Of a stretch of 64,000 nucleotides of DNA, positions 8,910 through 18,939 are shown in pieces. Below the pieces are notes generated by a model. The model saw nothing but the letters and a program-made list of their open reading frames with translations. It was not told where the DNA came from and ran no database searches. The number at the start of each line of letters is the position of its first letter. The stretch's first letter is position 1. The stretch comes from Candidatus Omnitrophota bacterium (GTDB lineage: Bacteria; Omnitrophota; Gorgyraeia; Zapsychrales; Zapsychraceae). Made by a program: the position numbers and the translations under genes. The DNA is taken from the NCBI GenBank assembly GCA_050250375.1, contig JBFWOS010000003.1, forward strand, positions 273,284 to 337,283, given 5' to 3'.

Positions 8910-9923
8910 TCAACGTTCTTCATAATCAAATTGATCATCAAAATCTTCTGTACCAATATCCGCGATTCTTTCACGTTCAAATGTGGCCACATGAAATATA
9001 GCGTCTCCCCGGTTGACCAGCGGTAATTGTGTGCGTCCGATAATAAGACCTTTTTTGGAAGCCCGGATTTCAATATTTTTATTCCCCAGAGGATCCGAAA
9101 TAACCCCTAAAAGGTCCCCCTGCTGAATAATCTTTCCCAATGCTTTTTTGATAATCAATATCCCGCTATGTTCGGCCCTGACCCAAAACCGCCCGTTGGC
9201 TGTCAGGGATTCCGCTTTTTTTTCTTTTTTCAAGGCAGATATCATCCCGAGAGCGCCCATGACCGACAATATCCCTGATATACCGCAGCGGATCACGTCT
9301 TCGTCATACCTCAAGGCCTCTCCGCCTTCAAACACAAGAAAAGGAAGATTTTTGCTCGCCGCCACTTTCCGCAACGAACCTTCAATGATCGTCGCATTGA
9401 TGACAACCGGTACGCCAAACTCATGCGCCAACCGGTTTGTGACCTTGTCGTTCAAACACGCTCTGACTTGTGGAAGGTTTGTCCGATGGCAGGAACCGGT
9501 ATGAATATCAATCCCATGGGTGGAATTTTCCAATATTTCCGTCACGAATAGATGGGCGAGCCGGGCGGCCAGAGAACCATTTTTTGATCCGGGAAAACAC
9601 CTGTTTAAATCCCTGCGATCCGGCAAATAACGGGTTAAACTGTTAAAACCGAAAACATTGACGATCGGGACGGCAATCAGTGTCCCTTTTAATTTTTTCA
9701 GAGCCCTGTGGCTAATCAACCTTTTGATGATCTCAACACCGTTAACTTCGTCCCCGTGAACCGCCGCGCAGACAAATAACCGCGGGCCGTCTTCTTTTCC
9801 CCGGATAACCTTGACCGGTATGCTGATTTCCGTGAAATCAAAAAGTTTGGCGACAAAAAGATTGATGTCTTTGGTTTCACCGGGCCGAATGGTTGTATCA
9901 CCGATAATAATGTCGTTGTTCAT
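8910..9923 (-). CDS. succinylglutamate desuccinylase/aspartoacylase (AstE/AspA) family zinc hydrolase, RimK partner
   Basis: 337 aa. Zn-carboxypeptidase-like motif AAVHGDEVNG, later HTGS..E. Overlaps the upstream rimK stop by 4 nt. Confidence 0.75.
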   Translation of the reverse strand: MNNDIIIGDTTIRPGETKDINLFVAKLFDFTEISIPVKVIRGKEDGPRLFVCAAVHGDEVNGVEIIKRLISHRALKKLKGTLIAVPIVNVFGFNSLTRYLPDRRDLNRCFPGSKNGSLAARLAHLFVTEILENSTHGIDIHTGSCHRTNLPQVRACLNDKVTNRLAHEFGVPVVINATIIEGSLRKVAASKNLPFLVFEGGEALRYDEDVIRCGISGILSVMGALGMISALKKEKKAESLTANGRFWVRAEHSGILIIKKALGKIIQQGDLLGVISDPLGNKNIEIRASKKGLIIGRTQLPLVNRGDAIFHVATFERERIADIGTEDFDDQFDYEER

Positions 9924-11092
9924 GCTTTTTTTAAAGACGACTTTCTTTTTTCATGTCTGTTCATGGAAACAATCGACTTCATGTTCTCCAGTTTTCCAAA
10001 ACACAGGAGTGTGTCGTTTTCCATAATTTCCCGGGTTGCTTTCGGGTTGGATATCGTCAGGTGATCCCGTTTAATACTCATAACAACAATATCTTTTTCC
10101 CTGAACCCCGCCTGATCCAAAATCTTTCCCTTGATATCAGAATTTCTTTTGATCTGAATCTCGGCGACCCCGTACCCTTTATCCAGGGTTAATCTCTGGC
10201 GTAAATCGATTTCCGGAAAATGGCTCTGTTCTTCCAGAAATTCGACCATAGCCCCGGCGACATCCTTGCCCGTTGCCCGTTCAATGCCTTCCAGGCCGGG
10301 TGAAGAATTGATCTCGACAATCTGCGGGCCGTCTTTACCTTCAAGCATATCCACCCCCGAAACATTCAGTCCCATGATCTGTGTGGCACGGATGGCCATC
10401 CGTTCATATTTTTCATCCAGCTTGACCGCTTCAACCTTTCCACCGCGGTGCACGTTGCTGCGGTATTCGCCTTTTTGAGCAATACGCCGCATGGCGGCAA
10501 TGACTTTACCTCCGGCGACAATAGCGCGAATATCCCGCCCCTTGCTCTCCTTCACAAATTTCTGGATCAGGACGTTCTGCCGCGTGCTGTGCAGGGTCTC
10601 AATAATCGCTTCGGCCACTTTATTCGTCTCCGCCAGGATCACACCGACCCCTTGAGTCCCTTCCAGCAGCTTAATGACGACCGGGGCTCCCCCTAGCTCT
10701 TCAATGGCTTTTAGAATGGATGACGGCTGTTTAACAAAAACGGTCTGCGGAAACCCGATATTGTGCCGCGCCAGCAGTTGCAAGGCCCTGAGTTTGTCCC
10801 TAGCCGTTAGGATACCCAATGAAGAGTTCAGGCAAAAAGTCCCCATCTGTTCAAACTGACGAACCACCGCTGTTCCGAAAAAAGTGATGGAAGCCCCGAT
10901 GCGGGGAATAACAGCGTCGTAATGTTTCAAATGTTTGTTATGATAACTGAGGTCGGGTTTGCCCTGTTGAACATTGATGGAAAAGTGCATCGTATCCAGC
11001 ACACGAACATCATGTCCTCTTTGCTTGCAGGCTTCAATAAGCCTTCGGGTGCTAAATAACTTCGCCCCGTGCGATAAAATAGCGATCTTCAT
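9920..11092 (-). CDS. rimK: RimK-family ATP-grasp alpha-L-glutamate ligase with a C-terminal TrkA-C (RCK_C)-like extension
   Basis: 390 aa. The first ~300 aa are co-linear with E. coli RimK (MKIAILS..AVIPRIG..LRQFE..KLVEGTQG.GV.LAE..EINSSPGLEGIE). The extra ~85 aa YGVAEIQIKRNSDIKGKILDQAGFREKDIVVMSIKRDHLTISNPKATREIMENDTLLCFG match the TrkA-C pattern. Confidence 0.85.
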   Translation of the reverse strand: MKIAILSHGAKLFSTRRLIEACKQRGHDVRVLDTMHFSINVQQGKPDLSYHNKHLKHYDAVIPRIGASITFFGTAVVRQFEQMGTFCLNSSLGILTARDKLRALQLLARHNIGFPQTVFVKQPSSILKAIEELGGAPVVIKLLEGTQGVGVILAETNKVAEAIIETLHSTRQNVLIQKFVKESKGRDIRAIVAGGKVIAAMRRIAQKGEYRSNVHRGGKVEAVKLDEKYERMAIRATQIMGLNVSGVDMLEGKDGPQIVEINSSPGLEGIERATGKDVAGAMVEFLEEQSHFPEIDLRQRLTLDKGYGVAEIQIKRNSDIKGKILDQAGFREKDIVVMSIKRDHLTISNPKATREIMENDTLLCFGKLENMKSIVSMNRHEKRKSSLKKA

Positions 11093-11163
11093 TTCAACTC
11101 CAAAAATTTTTCATGGTAAAATTGATAAAGAGGTTACGGACCGGTTCTGTTTCTGACCTGACG

Positions 11164-12231
11164 CTAAAACCAGTTCTGTTTTTTAAAATAAGCAATCATG
11201 CCTCCACCCAGACATACCATGACGCCAAGCACGGCAAAATAGGCGTAAGGCCATTTTAATTCAGGCATGATCTCAAAATTCATCCCGTAAATTCCCGCAA
11301 TAAAGGTTAACGGGATAAAGATGGCGGAAAAAATCGTGAGCACCTTCATGATTTCATTCATCTTGTTGCTCATAACCGATAGATAAATATCATGCATGCT
11401 GGATAAAATATCCCGGTAAGATTCAATGGTATCCATAACCTGGACAACGTGGTCATAAATGTCTCTCAGAAAAATATCAATCTTCTTGCTGACGAGTTTT
11501 GATTCGTTGCGCAACAACGAATTAATCACTTCCCGTACGGGCCAAATTTGTTTTCTTAAATAAACCATACTGCGTTTCAGATAGTGAATCTGATGGACCA
11601 TATCGGGCTTTATATCTTTTGTCAAATCGTCTTCCAGAGCTTCAATATTACTCCCCAGGTCTTCCAGGACAATATAATAGTTGTCAACGATCGCGTCCAT
11701 CAGCGCGTAGGCCAGGTAATCCGAGCCCATGGTCCTGATGCGGCCTTTTCCGTTTCGGATACGCTCCCGGACAGGATCAAAGACATCTCCCGTATCTTCA
11801 AGATATGAAATGACATAATTTTTCCCCAGGATCAAACTGATCTGCTCCGAAACAATTTCGTTCTTCTGCTCTTTGTCCCGGTAAAGCATCTTGAGGGTGA
11901 TAAACAGATACTCGTCATGTTCTTCCAGTTTGGGCCTATGCCCGGTATTGGCTATATCTTCCGACACAAGCACATGAACCCCGTAATAATCGTTAATCGT
12001 CTTGAGTAATTCTGTGTCATGCACCCCGTCTACATTGATCCAGGTCACGGAACTCTTATCACGGAACTCAAAACACTCTTCCACGCGATTCACTTCTTTT
12101 TCTTCAAAACCCTTCGGGCTGTAGTCGATAACATTTATTTTAACGGGATGATCTGTCTTTTTACCGACATGCGTCAATGTCCCGGGTGCAGAACCTGGAG
12201 TTTTTGAACCCAGTTTAATAAATTTTGGCAC
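11164..12231 (-). CDS. corA: CorA magnesium/cobalt transporter
   Basis: 355 aa. Two C-terminal TM helices with the signature YGMNFE..MPEL. Confidence 0.85.
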   Translation of the reverse strand: MPKFIKLGSKTPGSAPGTLTHVGKKTDHPVKINVIDYSPKGFEEKEVNRVEECFEFRDKSSVTWINVDGVHDTELLKTINDYYGVHVLVSEDIANTGHRPKLEEHDEYLFITLKMLYRDKEQKNEIVSEQISLILGKNYVISYLEDTGDVFDPVRERIRNGKGRIRTMGSDYLAYALMDAIVDNYYIVLEDLGSNIEALEDDLTKDIKPDMVHQIHYLKRSMVYLRKQIWPVREVINSLLRNESKLVSKKIDIFLRDIYDHVVQVMDTIESYRDILSSMHDIYLSVMSNKMNEIMKVLTIFSAIFIPLTFIAGIYGMNFEIMPELKWPYAYFAVLGVMVCLGGGMIAYFKKQNWF

Positions 12232-12247
12232 TATCTACCCCTTTACT

Positions 12248-12442
12248 TTATGATCTCCAATATTTACGGCCGAAAAAATAACCGGCGGCGAATCCGACCG
12301 CCAGCACTATGGCGAAGAAAATAATACATGACATACTGATCTTCCAGAAAAGAACATGAAAGGTCACGACCTGTGTATTCTGCAGCAGGATAATCCCGGC
12401 CAAAATCGCTAATATACCGATGAATACAACTTTAGGCTTCAC
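12248..12442 (-). CDS. small hypothetical membrane protein (two TM helices)
   Basis: 64 aa. Overlaps the mscS stop region by a few nt. Low confidence. Confidence 0.35.
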   Translation of the reverse strand: MKPKVVFIGILAILAGIILLQNTQVVTFHVLFWKISMSCIIFFAIVLAVGFAAGYFFGRKYWRS

Positions 12443-13313
12443 TGTTTTTCCCTTTGATTAATTTTTCAATAGCCGGGGTCATCTTCACATGAATATCTCT
12501 TTGCGGGAACGGTATCTGGACATCTTCTTTACGGAAGGCTTCATCAACCATAAAATTGATCTGGCTTTGCATTAAAAATTGCTTTTTGGGCTCATCCGTC
12601 CAGACCAGAAGTTTAAAATTTAGGGAGGAATCACCGAATTCCAGAAACCGGACTTCCGGCGGCGGATCCTTTAAAACATCCGGGTGATCATTCGCCACCT
12701 TTAGAAGCGTTTCTTTAACCTTGCGGACATCCGAACCATATGCCACTCCAACCGGACAGTGCAAACGCACCCGCGGATCATCAATGGACCAGTTAATGAC
12801 GGGATTTTCAACAAATTTTGAATTTGGCACGATAATAATAATATTGTCTAACGTCTTGATTTTTGTCGCCCGCATATTAATGCTGATGACCTGCCCCACC
12901 TGTCCGTCCACATTCACAAAATCGGCTACCGCCACGGGCCGTTCAATCAGCAATATCAGTCCGGCCGTAAAATTGGACGTAATATTCTGCAAACCCAATC
13001 CGATCCCAACCCCCAAAAAACCGAAAGCGACGGCCAGCGTACCGAAATTGAAACCGATCGTCTGCGCCGCCATAACCACCCCAAACAAAATAATCAAATA
13101 ATGCAGAATCCTATTGATGGCATAAATAACCGGAGTGGAAAATTTCGAATTTTTAGATAACCGCGCTGAAATCAACCTTTGAACGAAAGACGAAAGCACT
13201 GCGGAACCAAAAAAAATGATAACTGCCGCGCCGATCCCGCCAAACGTCACCGGTGTTGTGCCAATATGAACAATCGGTTTATTAACCAGTTCAATAATGT
13301 ATTGTAAGTCCAT
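12432..13313 (-). CDS. mscS: small-conductance mechanosensitive channel, MscS family
   Basis: 293 aa. N-terminal TM helices, pore-lining helix with GLGLQNITSNFTAGLILL, followed by the beta/alpha-beta cytoplasmic domain. Confidence 0.8.
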   Translation of the reverse strand: MDLQYIIELVNKPIVHIGTTPVTFGGIGAAVIIFFGSAVLSSFVQRLISARLSKNSKFSTPVIYAINRILHYLIILFGVVMAAQTIGFNFGTLAVAFGFLGVGIGLGLQNITSNFTAGLILLIERPVAVADFVNVDGQVGQVISINMRATKIKTLDNIIIIVPNSKFVENPVINWSIDDPRVRLHCPVGVAYGSDVRKVKETLLKVANDHPDVLKDPPPEVRFLEFGDSSLNFKLLVWTDEPKKQFLMQSQINFMVDEAFRKEDVQIPFPQRDIHVKMTPAIEKLIKGKNSEA

Positions 13314-13374
13314 GTTATTCCTTTTTTTGTCAAATGATCAGAAGATTAGTCAAACTTTTTCGTTTAAAAGAAGG

Positions 13375-13776
13375 TTATCCTCTGTATTCATCTGAAATTT
13401 CCTGAATATCCTGCATTTTATTCGGATCATATTCCATCTGGTCAAACAATTCCTGCACCGGAAGTCTTTTCAGGATTGTAAGGGCTGTTCTTTGTCCATT
13501 GACTTCGGTATACTCAACCTCGATGACATCATATTCCAGGATCTCCCCCATAGATTGAAAATTCTTAAATACGGTTTTATCATTAATCCGATAGGTAATT
13601 TCCGTTGATGCCTTTTCTGATTCATTATACTCTTTAATGACCAGCTGATTATCCGTTTTTTTAAAAACAAATCCCTGCCCCTTTTTGATTTCCTGGGCCG
13701 AAGAATGAATCATATTAAAGTTGAGAAATACACAGCCTATGGTCATAACCGTTAATAATGCCTTCAATTTTATCAT
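13375..13776 (-). CDS. secreted hypothetical protein
   Basis: 133 aa. Signal-like N-terminus MIKLKALLTVMTIGCVFLNFNMIHSSAQE. No domain recognised. Confidence 0.5.
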   Translation of the reverse strand: MIKLKALLTVMTIGCVFLNFNMIHSSAQEIKKGQGFVFKKTDNQLVIKEYNESEKASTEITYRINDKTVFKNFQSMGEILEYDVIEVEYTEVNGQRTALTILKRLPVQELFDQMEYDPNKMQDIQEISDEYRG

Positions 13777-13925
13777 CCGCTGTCCCTTACCATAAGATTT
13801 CCCGTCATGAATTCAGTGAAATTTTTTAACTTAATCATATCTATTTTAAAGAAATATACAACATATTTCTTAGGTCGAATGGCGCTTTATCCCCCCGAAA
13901 TTTACCCGTAAAGTCAGTATTTTCG

Positions 13926-15458
13926 GTGTTAACCGGGAATAGTTTTGGTATAATTGGTTCATACTCCATGAGAATAACAACTCTAAAGCAAAAAATCAGT
14001 CTATTTTTTCTTGGTATCTTCCTGAGCATTATTCTAATAGAATCACTGCTTACCTTGGGAGGGATAATTTTTCTATCACTCCAGGAAATACGCAACTGGT
14101 CCTCAGTCAGACACGGAGACTCCTTCCGAATCCTTTGTCTGGGTGAATCAACCACCGCGATTGATGACGGACACTCATATCCCCGCCAAATGGAAACGAT
14201 ACTTAATCAGAGAAATATTGGAATTACGTTCAGCGTGATTAATAAAGGCATTCCTGGAATCTACACAGAAGGTATCCTCGCCCGACTAAATGAAAACCTT
14301 GAAAAATATAAACCCGACCTGGTAATAACCATGATCGGAATAAACGATCCGCTTACGGAAGAAAAAAATCATTTCTTACATTTAAGACGCTTCAAAATCT
14401 ATAATCTGGCCGTTTATCTGCTTAACACCATGACCAACAAAAAAAAATCCTTTGGTTCAGGTACAATAGCGGCGGGAGAACTCATGATTGACCCTGAAGA
14501 AGGCAACCCAACCTTTCTTGGGGTCGCTCCGGAAAGCTTTGAATACTATTCCTCCGGAGAAAAGTTCGTATCGCAGGGAGATTTTGAACAAGCGAAAAAA
14601 ATGTATGAATTATCCATTCAGGCTGACCCCCGCAATCATGAAGCCTACTCGGCATTGGCCGGCTGTTATATCTATAGCCAAAATTATGTTAAAGCAGAAG
14701 AAATATATGAAATAAACAAAAGGAACAACCCCGAAAATATTGATGTCTACGATGATCTGGCTGAAATATACTTTTTACAAAACAGGTATGAAGATATGGA
14801 AAGAATTCTCCGGGCCGCCCTCGATCTCAACCCCTTTTATGTAAAAGCATATTTACAGCTCGGACATTTTAACCGTCTTCGGGGAGAATTCGGACGGGCT
14901 GAAAAAATCCTGAATGAGGCGTTATTAAAAATGCCTTCCATATTCCATGGAGATATCTATACAGAAATGTCTCTTCTGTATCTGAGTATGGGAAAATTCC
15001 AGGAAGTTGAATATATTCACAAAAAGGCACTGAAAGTCAACCCAGACAATGACCATCTGTACGGAATGATAGGCGTATATCATCTAGAGTCTGGAGATGA
15101 TAAAACAGCGGATAAATATTTCACTTTGGCCAACCGGATCAGGGAACGGCATTATAACCCGCAGACAGCCTTAAATTATCAAAAAATAAGGTCTATTCTC
15201 GCCCAAAAAGGAATCAAACACGTGGCCATGCAGTATGCCATGCGTGATGTTGAACTTCTTAAGAAAATTCTGGGGAATCACCACGATATCTTGTTTGTCG
15301 ATAACCGGCCGGCCTTCCTTCAGGGCATAAAAACTGAAGGGTATAACCAGTATTTTACCGACAGATTCGGAGGAGACTTCGGACATTGCACTGAGAAAGG
15401 TGACCGGTTGATTGCTGAAAACGCAGCGAACGCGATTATTGAACGGTATTTTAAATAA
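13926..15458 (+). CDS. membrane-anchored SGNH/GDSL-like hydrolase fused to TPR repeats
   Basis: 510 aa. N-terminal TM, then ILCLGESTT (GDS(L)-like block) and GINDPL (block III-like), then at least four TPR-like repeats (AKKMYELSIQADPRN.., NPFYVKAYLQLGH..). The start may instead be the internal MRITTLKQ.. Met. Confidence 0.6.
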   Translation: MLTGNSFGIIGSYSMRITTLKQKISLFFLGIFLSIILIESLLTLGGIIFLSLQEIRNWSSVRHGDSFRILCLGESTTAIDDGHSYPRQMETILNQRNIGITFSVINKGIPGIYTEGILARLNENLEKYKPDLVITMIGINDPLTEEKNHFLHLRRFKIYNLAVYLLNTMTNKKKSFGSGTIAAGELMIDPEEGNPTFLGVAPESFEYYSSGEKFVSQGDFEQAKKMYELSIQADPRNHEAYSALAGCYIYSQNYVKAEEIYEINKRNNPENIDVYDDLAEIYFLQNRYEDMERILRAALDLNPFYVKAYLQLGHFNRLRGEFGRAEKILNEALLKMPSIFHGDIYTEMSLLYLSMGKFQEVEYIHKKALKVNPDNDHLYGMIGVYHLESGDDKTADKYFTLANRIRERHYNPQTALNYQKIRSILAQKGIKHVAMQYAMRDVELLKKILGNHHDILFVDNRPAFLQGIKTEGYNQYFTDRFGGDFGHCTEKGDRLIAENAANAIIERYFK

Positions 15459-15479
15459 TGAAAATTCACCAGAGAAGGA

Positions 15480-16448
15480 TCAGGAATTTTTCCGCGGATT
15501 CTTTCGTTTGATAATTTTCTGCCGGTTAACCTGTTTGACCAGCAGGATCCAGGTCAGCAGACCCAAACCAATCATGCCGACAAGAAACAGACTGTAAGCC
15601 AGCCTCCAGTCAACGACCCCTTCTGTCACACGGGTATATTCCGACATCCCGCCGATGCCGGCGATAAGATTGAGAGGAAGGAACACCACATTGATCAGTG
15701 TCAAATTCTTCAGGAAGATATTCATGTTATTGTTGATGATATTCCCGCGCGCGTCCATGAGCCCTGAAAGAACCGATGAATATATCTGCGTCTGTTTGCT
15801 GCATTGCTGATGTTCAATCATAATGTCATCCAGCATCTCCTGCTCTTCTTTCGAGAAACCAATCCTTTCCGCATTGGCCCTGAGCTTGACCAGCGCCGAT
15901 GCGTTGGCCTCAAGCGCGTTAAGATAATAAATCAGACTTTCGCTCAAATTAAACATCTGCAGTAAATACTGATTCTCCATCGACAAATTCAGTTTCGCTT
16001 GCAGTTCGGCATTAATCTGCCGGATCCCTTTCAGATGCCCCAGGAAATGATGGATCGTCTGCAGTAAAAACCTTAAGACAAACCCATTAAGAGAAGTCAT
16101 CCCGTGGAATTCTTTTGACGCAAACGGAATGGTGTTTTCCCCGAGGATTAAAGTCACTTTATCTTTATTCAGGAAGATCCCCAGCGAGGAAACTTCAAAC
16201 GATAACTGTTCTTTAAAAGCGAACGTATTTGGACGCTTCCAGATGATTGAAAGGTAATGTGTCAGGAATTCAACCCGCGAGATTTCATCCGGGTCCAGCG
16301 CCGATTCAAGGGTATGCTGGTCAATCTTCAGGGTTTCCAGCAATTCTTTTTTCTCAGACTCGTTGGGCAATGCATAAACGATGATCTTGCCCGCCTCTAG
16401 TGTACTTGGAACAATACACCCGCCACTGAGTTCAAAATATTCCTTCAC
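15480..16448 (-). CDS. divergent CorA/ZntB-family divalent-cation transporter (GMS variant of the GMN motif)
   Basis: 322 aa. CorA-like architecture with two C-terminal TM helices. The loop reads IAGIGGMSEY instead of YGMNFE. Confidence 0.7.
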   Translation of the reverse strand: MKEYFELSGGCIVPSTLEAGKIIVYALPNESEKKELLETLKIDQHTLESALDPDEISRVEFLTHYLSIIWKRPNTFAFKEQLSFEVSSLGIFLNKDKVTLILGENTIPFASKEFHGMTSLNGFVLRFLLQTIHHFLGHLKGIRQINAELQAKLNLSMENQYLLQMFNLSESLIYYLNALEANASALVKLRANAERIGFSKEEQEMLDDIMIEHQQCSKQTQIYSSVLSGLMDARGNIINNNMNIFLKNLTLINVVFLPLNLIAGIGGMSEYTRVTEGVVDWRLAYSLFLVGMIGLGLLTWILLVKQVNRQKIIKRKNPRKNS

Positions 16449-16463
16449 CCGCTTTTCTTCCTT

Positions 16464-18122
16464 TTAATGGTTGAGCAGATAACGAGCCCGGTTAAGGGCG
16501 TCTTCAATATCTTTACAAATATTTTCCTGGCCGATCTTCCCGTCCAACCTGGCCTTTTTGAATACATCCAGCGGCTGGTTTCTGACTCCGGACAGGACGA
16601 TGCCCCCCTTATTCTTAATAATTTTATCAATGATGTCTTCGAAAGCCCTCAACCCTGTCGCGTCAATGATCGGGACATCATCCATTTTAAGAATCAATAT
16701 TTTCTTTCCTTTATGAATATCCTTCAGAACGGTCGTAAATTTATTCGCGGCTCCAAAGAAAAACGGTCCGTTGATTTCAAAGATCGCAACATCCGATGGT
16801 ATATTCTTCGCCATGTCTTCCTTGGTTTCTTCGGAATCACTCATTCTGATCGTGGAAGTAATATGCTCGACTTCCGTAATCTCAACCATACGTTTCATAA
16901 ACAAAAAGGCCGCCATGACAAATCCGACCTGAATCGCCACAGTCAGATCAACAAATACAGTCAACAAAAATGTCGTTAACAAAACAAGGACATCACTCTT
17001 TGGGGTATTAAAAAGTTTAAGGAACATCCTCCATTCGCTCATATTGTAAGCGACAATGATCAGGATGGCGGCCAGGGTCGGTATCGGAATCAACGCCGCC
17101 CATTTTCCAAAGACCAGCAGAATAAACAATAACGTAACCGCGTGGACCAGCCCGGCCACAGGACTGCGGCCGCCATTTTTGATATTCGTCGCCGTGCGGG
17201 CGATAGCCCCCGTGGCCGGAATCCCGCCAAAAAGCACCGAGCCGATATTGGCCGCGCCCTGCGCGATCAGTTCCATATTGGACCGGTGCCGGAACCCGGT
17301 CATCCCGTCGGCAACAACGGCAGACAATAAAGATTCCAGTCCTGCTAATAATGCAATTGTCGTGGCCGGCATGATCATCTCTTTAACCACATGCCATTCA
17401 AACACAGGGATACGCGGCGCTGGAAGTGTATTTGGAATATCCCCGAAACGCATATAAATTGTTTCCACCGGGATATGAAAGACAGCCACCGCAATCGTTG
17501 TCGCTATAATCGCCACGATCGACCCGGGTATTCTTTTGATAAACCGAGGCGTCTGAAGAATAATCACAATGGTCATGACGCCCACTAGAACCGACCAAAA
17601 ATTGATCAAGGATAGATGACTAAAGACAGTATGCATCTTGTGCAGAAAATCCGGAGATGAATCCGCCAACTGCATACCCAGAAAATTCTGAAGTTGGGCC
17701 GTAAAAATAATCACCGCGATCCCGCTGGTGAAACCGACGGTTATCGGGTACGGGATAAACTCGATCAAACGGCCGAAGCGGGCCAAGCCCATAATAATCA
17801 AAATAACCCCGGCCATGAATGTCGCAATGACCAGGCCATCATACCCGTATTTCTGAACAATACTGTAGACAATGACGACAAACGCGCCGGTCGGACCGCC
17901 GATCTGAACCCGGCTCCCGCTGAGCGCTGAAATAATAAAACCGGCGACAATCGCCGTGTACAACCCCTGCTCCGGTTTAACCCCGGAAGCAATCGCAAAG
18001 GCAATCGACAACGGCAAGGCCACGATGCCAACAACGACCCCCGCCATACAGTCTCGGATCAGGTCGGAAAGAGTATATTTTTCTTTAAACAGAGTAATCA
18101 GTTTGGGAAGAAGTATATCCAT
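16464..18122 (-). CDS. SulP-family anion (sulfate/bicarbonate) permease with C-terminal STAS domain
   Basis: 552 aa. SulP N-terminal signature (..GVVVGIVALPLSIAFAIASGV..GLYTAIVAGF..SGS), multi-TM core, C-terminal STAS-like region. Confidence 0.85.
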   Translation of the reverse strand: MDILLPKLITLFKEKYTLSDLIRDCMAGVVVGIVALPLSIAFAIASGVKPEQGLYTAIVAGFIISALSGSRVQIGGPTGAFVVIVYSIVQKYGYDGLVIATFMAGVILIIMGLARFGRLIEFIPYPITVGFTSGIAVIIFTAQLQNFLGMQLADSSPDFLHKMHTVFSHLSLINFWSVLVGVMTIVIILQTPRFIKRIPGSIVAIIATTIAVAVFHIPVETIYMRFGDIPNTLPAPRIPVFEWHVVKEMIMPATTIALLAGLESLLSAVVADGMTGFRHRSNMELIAQGAANIGSVLFGGIPATGAIARTATNIKNGGRSPVAGLVHAVTLLFILLVFGKWAALIPIPTLAAILIIVAYNMSEWRMFLKLFNTPKSDVLVLLTTFLLTVFVDLTVAIQVGFVMAAFLFMKRMVEITEVEHITSTIRMSDSEETKEDMAKNIPSDVAIFEINGPFFFGAANKFTTVLKDIHKGKKILILKMDDVPIIDATGLRAFEDIIDKIIKNKGGIVLSGVRNQPLDVFKKARLDGKIGQENICKDIEDALNRARYLLNH

Positions 18123-18167
18123 CGAATTATAATTTTATCACATCCTAATTGATTGTTTTCGGCAGAA

Positions 18168-18887
18168 TCAACTATTTTTCCCCGGTATAAGTACCGGAAA
18201 CCTCTTGTAAATTCCCGGTGGAAACTTTAATTTTTTATTTTTTGATAGGGGGATTATGAACGATATGACCGACATTGCTTCATATAAGGCGTCGGGAAAA
18301 GGTTGTAAACGGGCTTCCGTTTCCGTGGCCGCGTGGTGAATCCCGTTACGGTAGCCATTAACAGAAGGAATCGGCAGGTCTTTATTGATATCTTGGGAAA
18401 TCCGGACGTATTCCATGCCCAGTTTATTCTTCAACGGACTGCATAACAACCATTGTTTCCCGGCAAATTTGTTTCTCTTGGCGGAAAACCCGAACAGCCG
18501 GCACATCAAAGGACGAAACGCATAAATCCGGCAGCGTCCCTGTCCGGGTGAAAATTTCTGGTAGAACACACATTGCCCCTGGGATGGAAGCGTCCTTAGT
18601 TTCTTCAGCCAGAGTTCTTTCTTCGGCCGGTTCCAGAGAATATACGCCAGCGGCAGCAATTCAATGACAGACGTATCAATATAGACATTCTCACAGCATT
18701 TGCCGCAGCCCTTAATACAGGTCACTTTGGATTTTTGGCGAAAAACCTTGATTTCCGTGTCAAGCTTTTCATAGAGCCAAGCCAGACGGACGATTTTTTT
18801 CAACCGTTCCCATCCCAGCCTGCGAGCCGACCACACAAGTTGTAAGTTGCGCAGTACACTGGCCAACATAAATGATTCCTTTACCAA
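18168..18887 (-). CDS. YkgJ/UPF0153-family putative zinc/iron-chelating protein (CxxCGxCC)
   Basis: 239 aa. Motif CIKGCGKCCE plus downstream Cys residues typical of PF03692-like proteins. Confidence 0.6.
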   Translation of the reverse strand: MVKESFMLASVLRNLQLVWSARRLGWERLKKIVRLAWLYEKLDTEIKVFRQKSKVTCIKGCGKCCENVYIDTSVIELLPLAYILWNRPKKELWLKKLRTLPSQGQCVFYQKFSPGQGRCRIYAFRPLMCRLFGFSAKRNKFAGKQWLLCSPLKNKLGMEYVRISQDINKDLPIPSVNGYRNGIHHAATETEARLQPFPDALYEAMSVISFIIPLSKNKKLKFPPGIYKRFPVLIPGKNS

Positions 18888-18939
18888 GAATAAACATTCA
18901 ATGATAACAAAACCGGGTGATTTGTCAATGGGCGGGATG

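Noticed and set aside
8910-9923. AstE/AspA-family gene as the 'missing astE' of the AST operon
   Set aside because: It is 5 kb away from astCAD and tightly coupled (4-nt overlap) to rimK instead. It was treated as a RimK-associated hydrolase rather than part of arginine catabolism.
17056-17457. Plus-strand ORFs within the SulP permease gene and a 61-aa minus ORF 16445-16630 overlapping its 3' end
   Set aside because: Antisense or overlapping a confidently identified transporter, with no motifs of their own.
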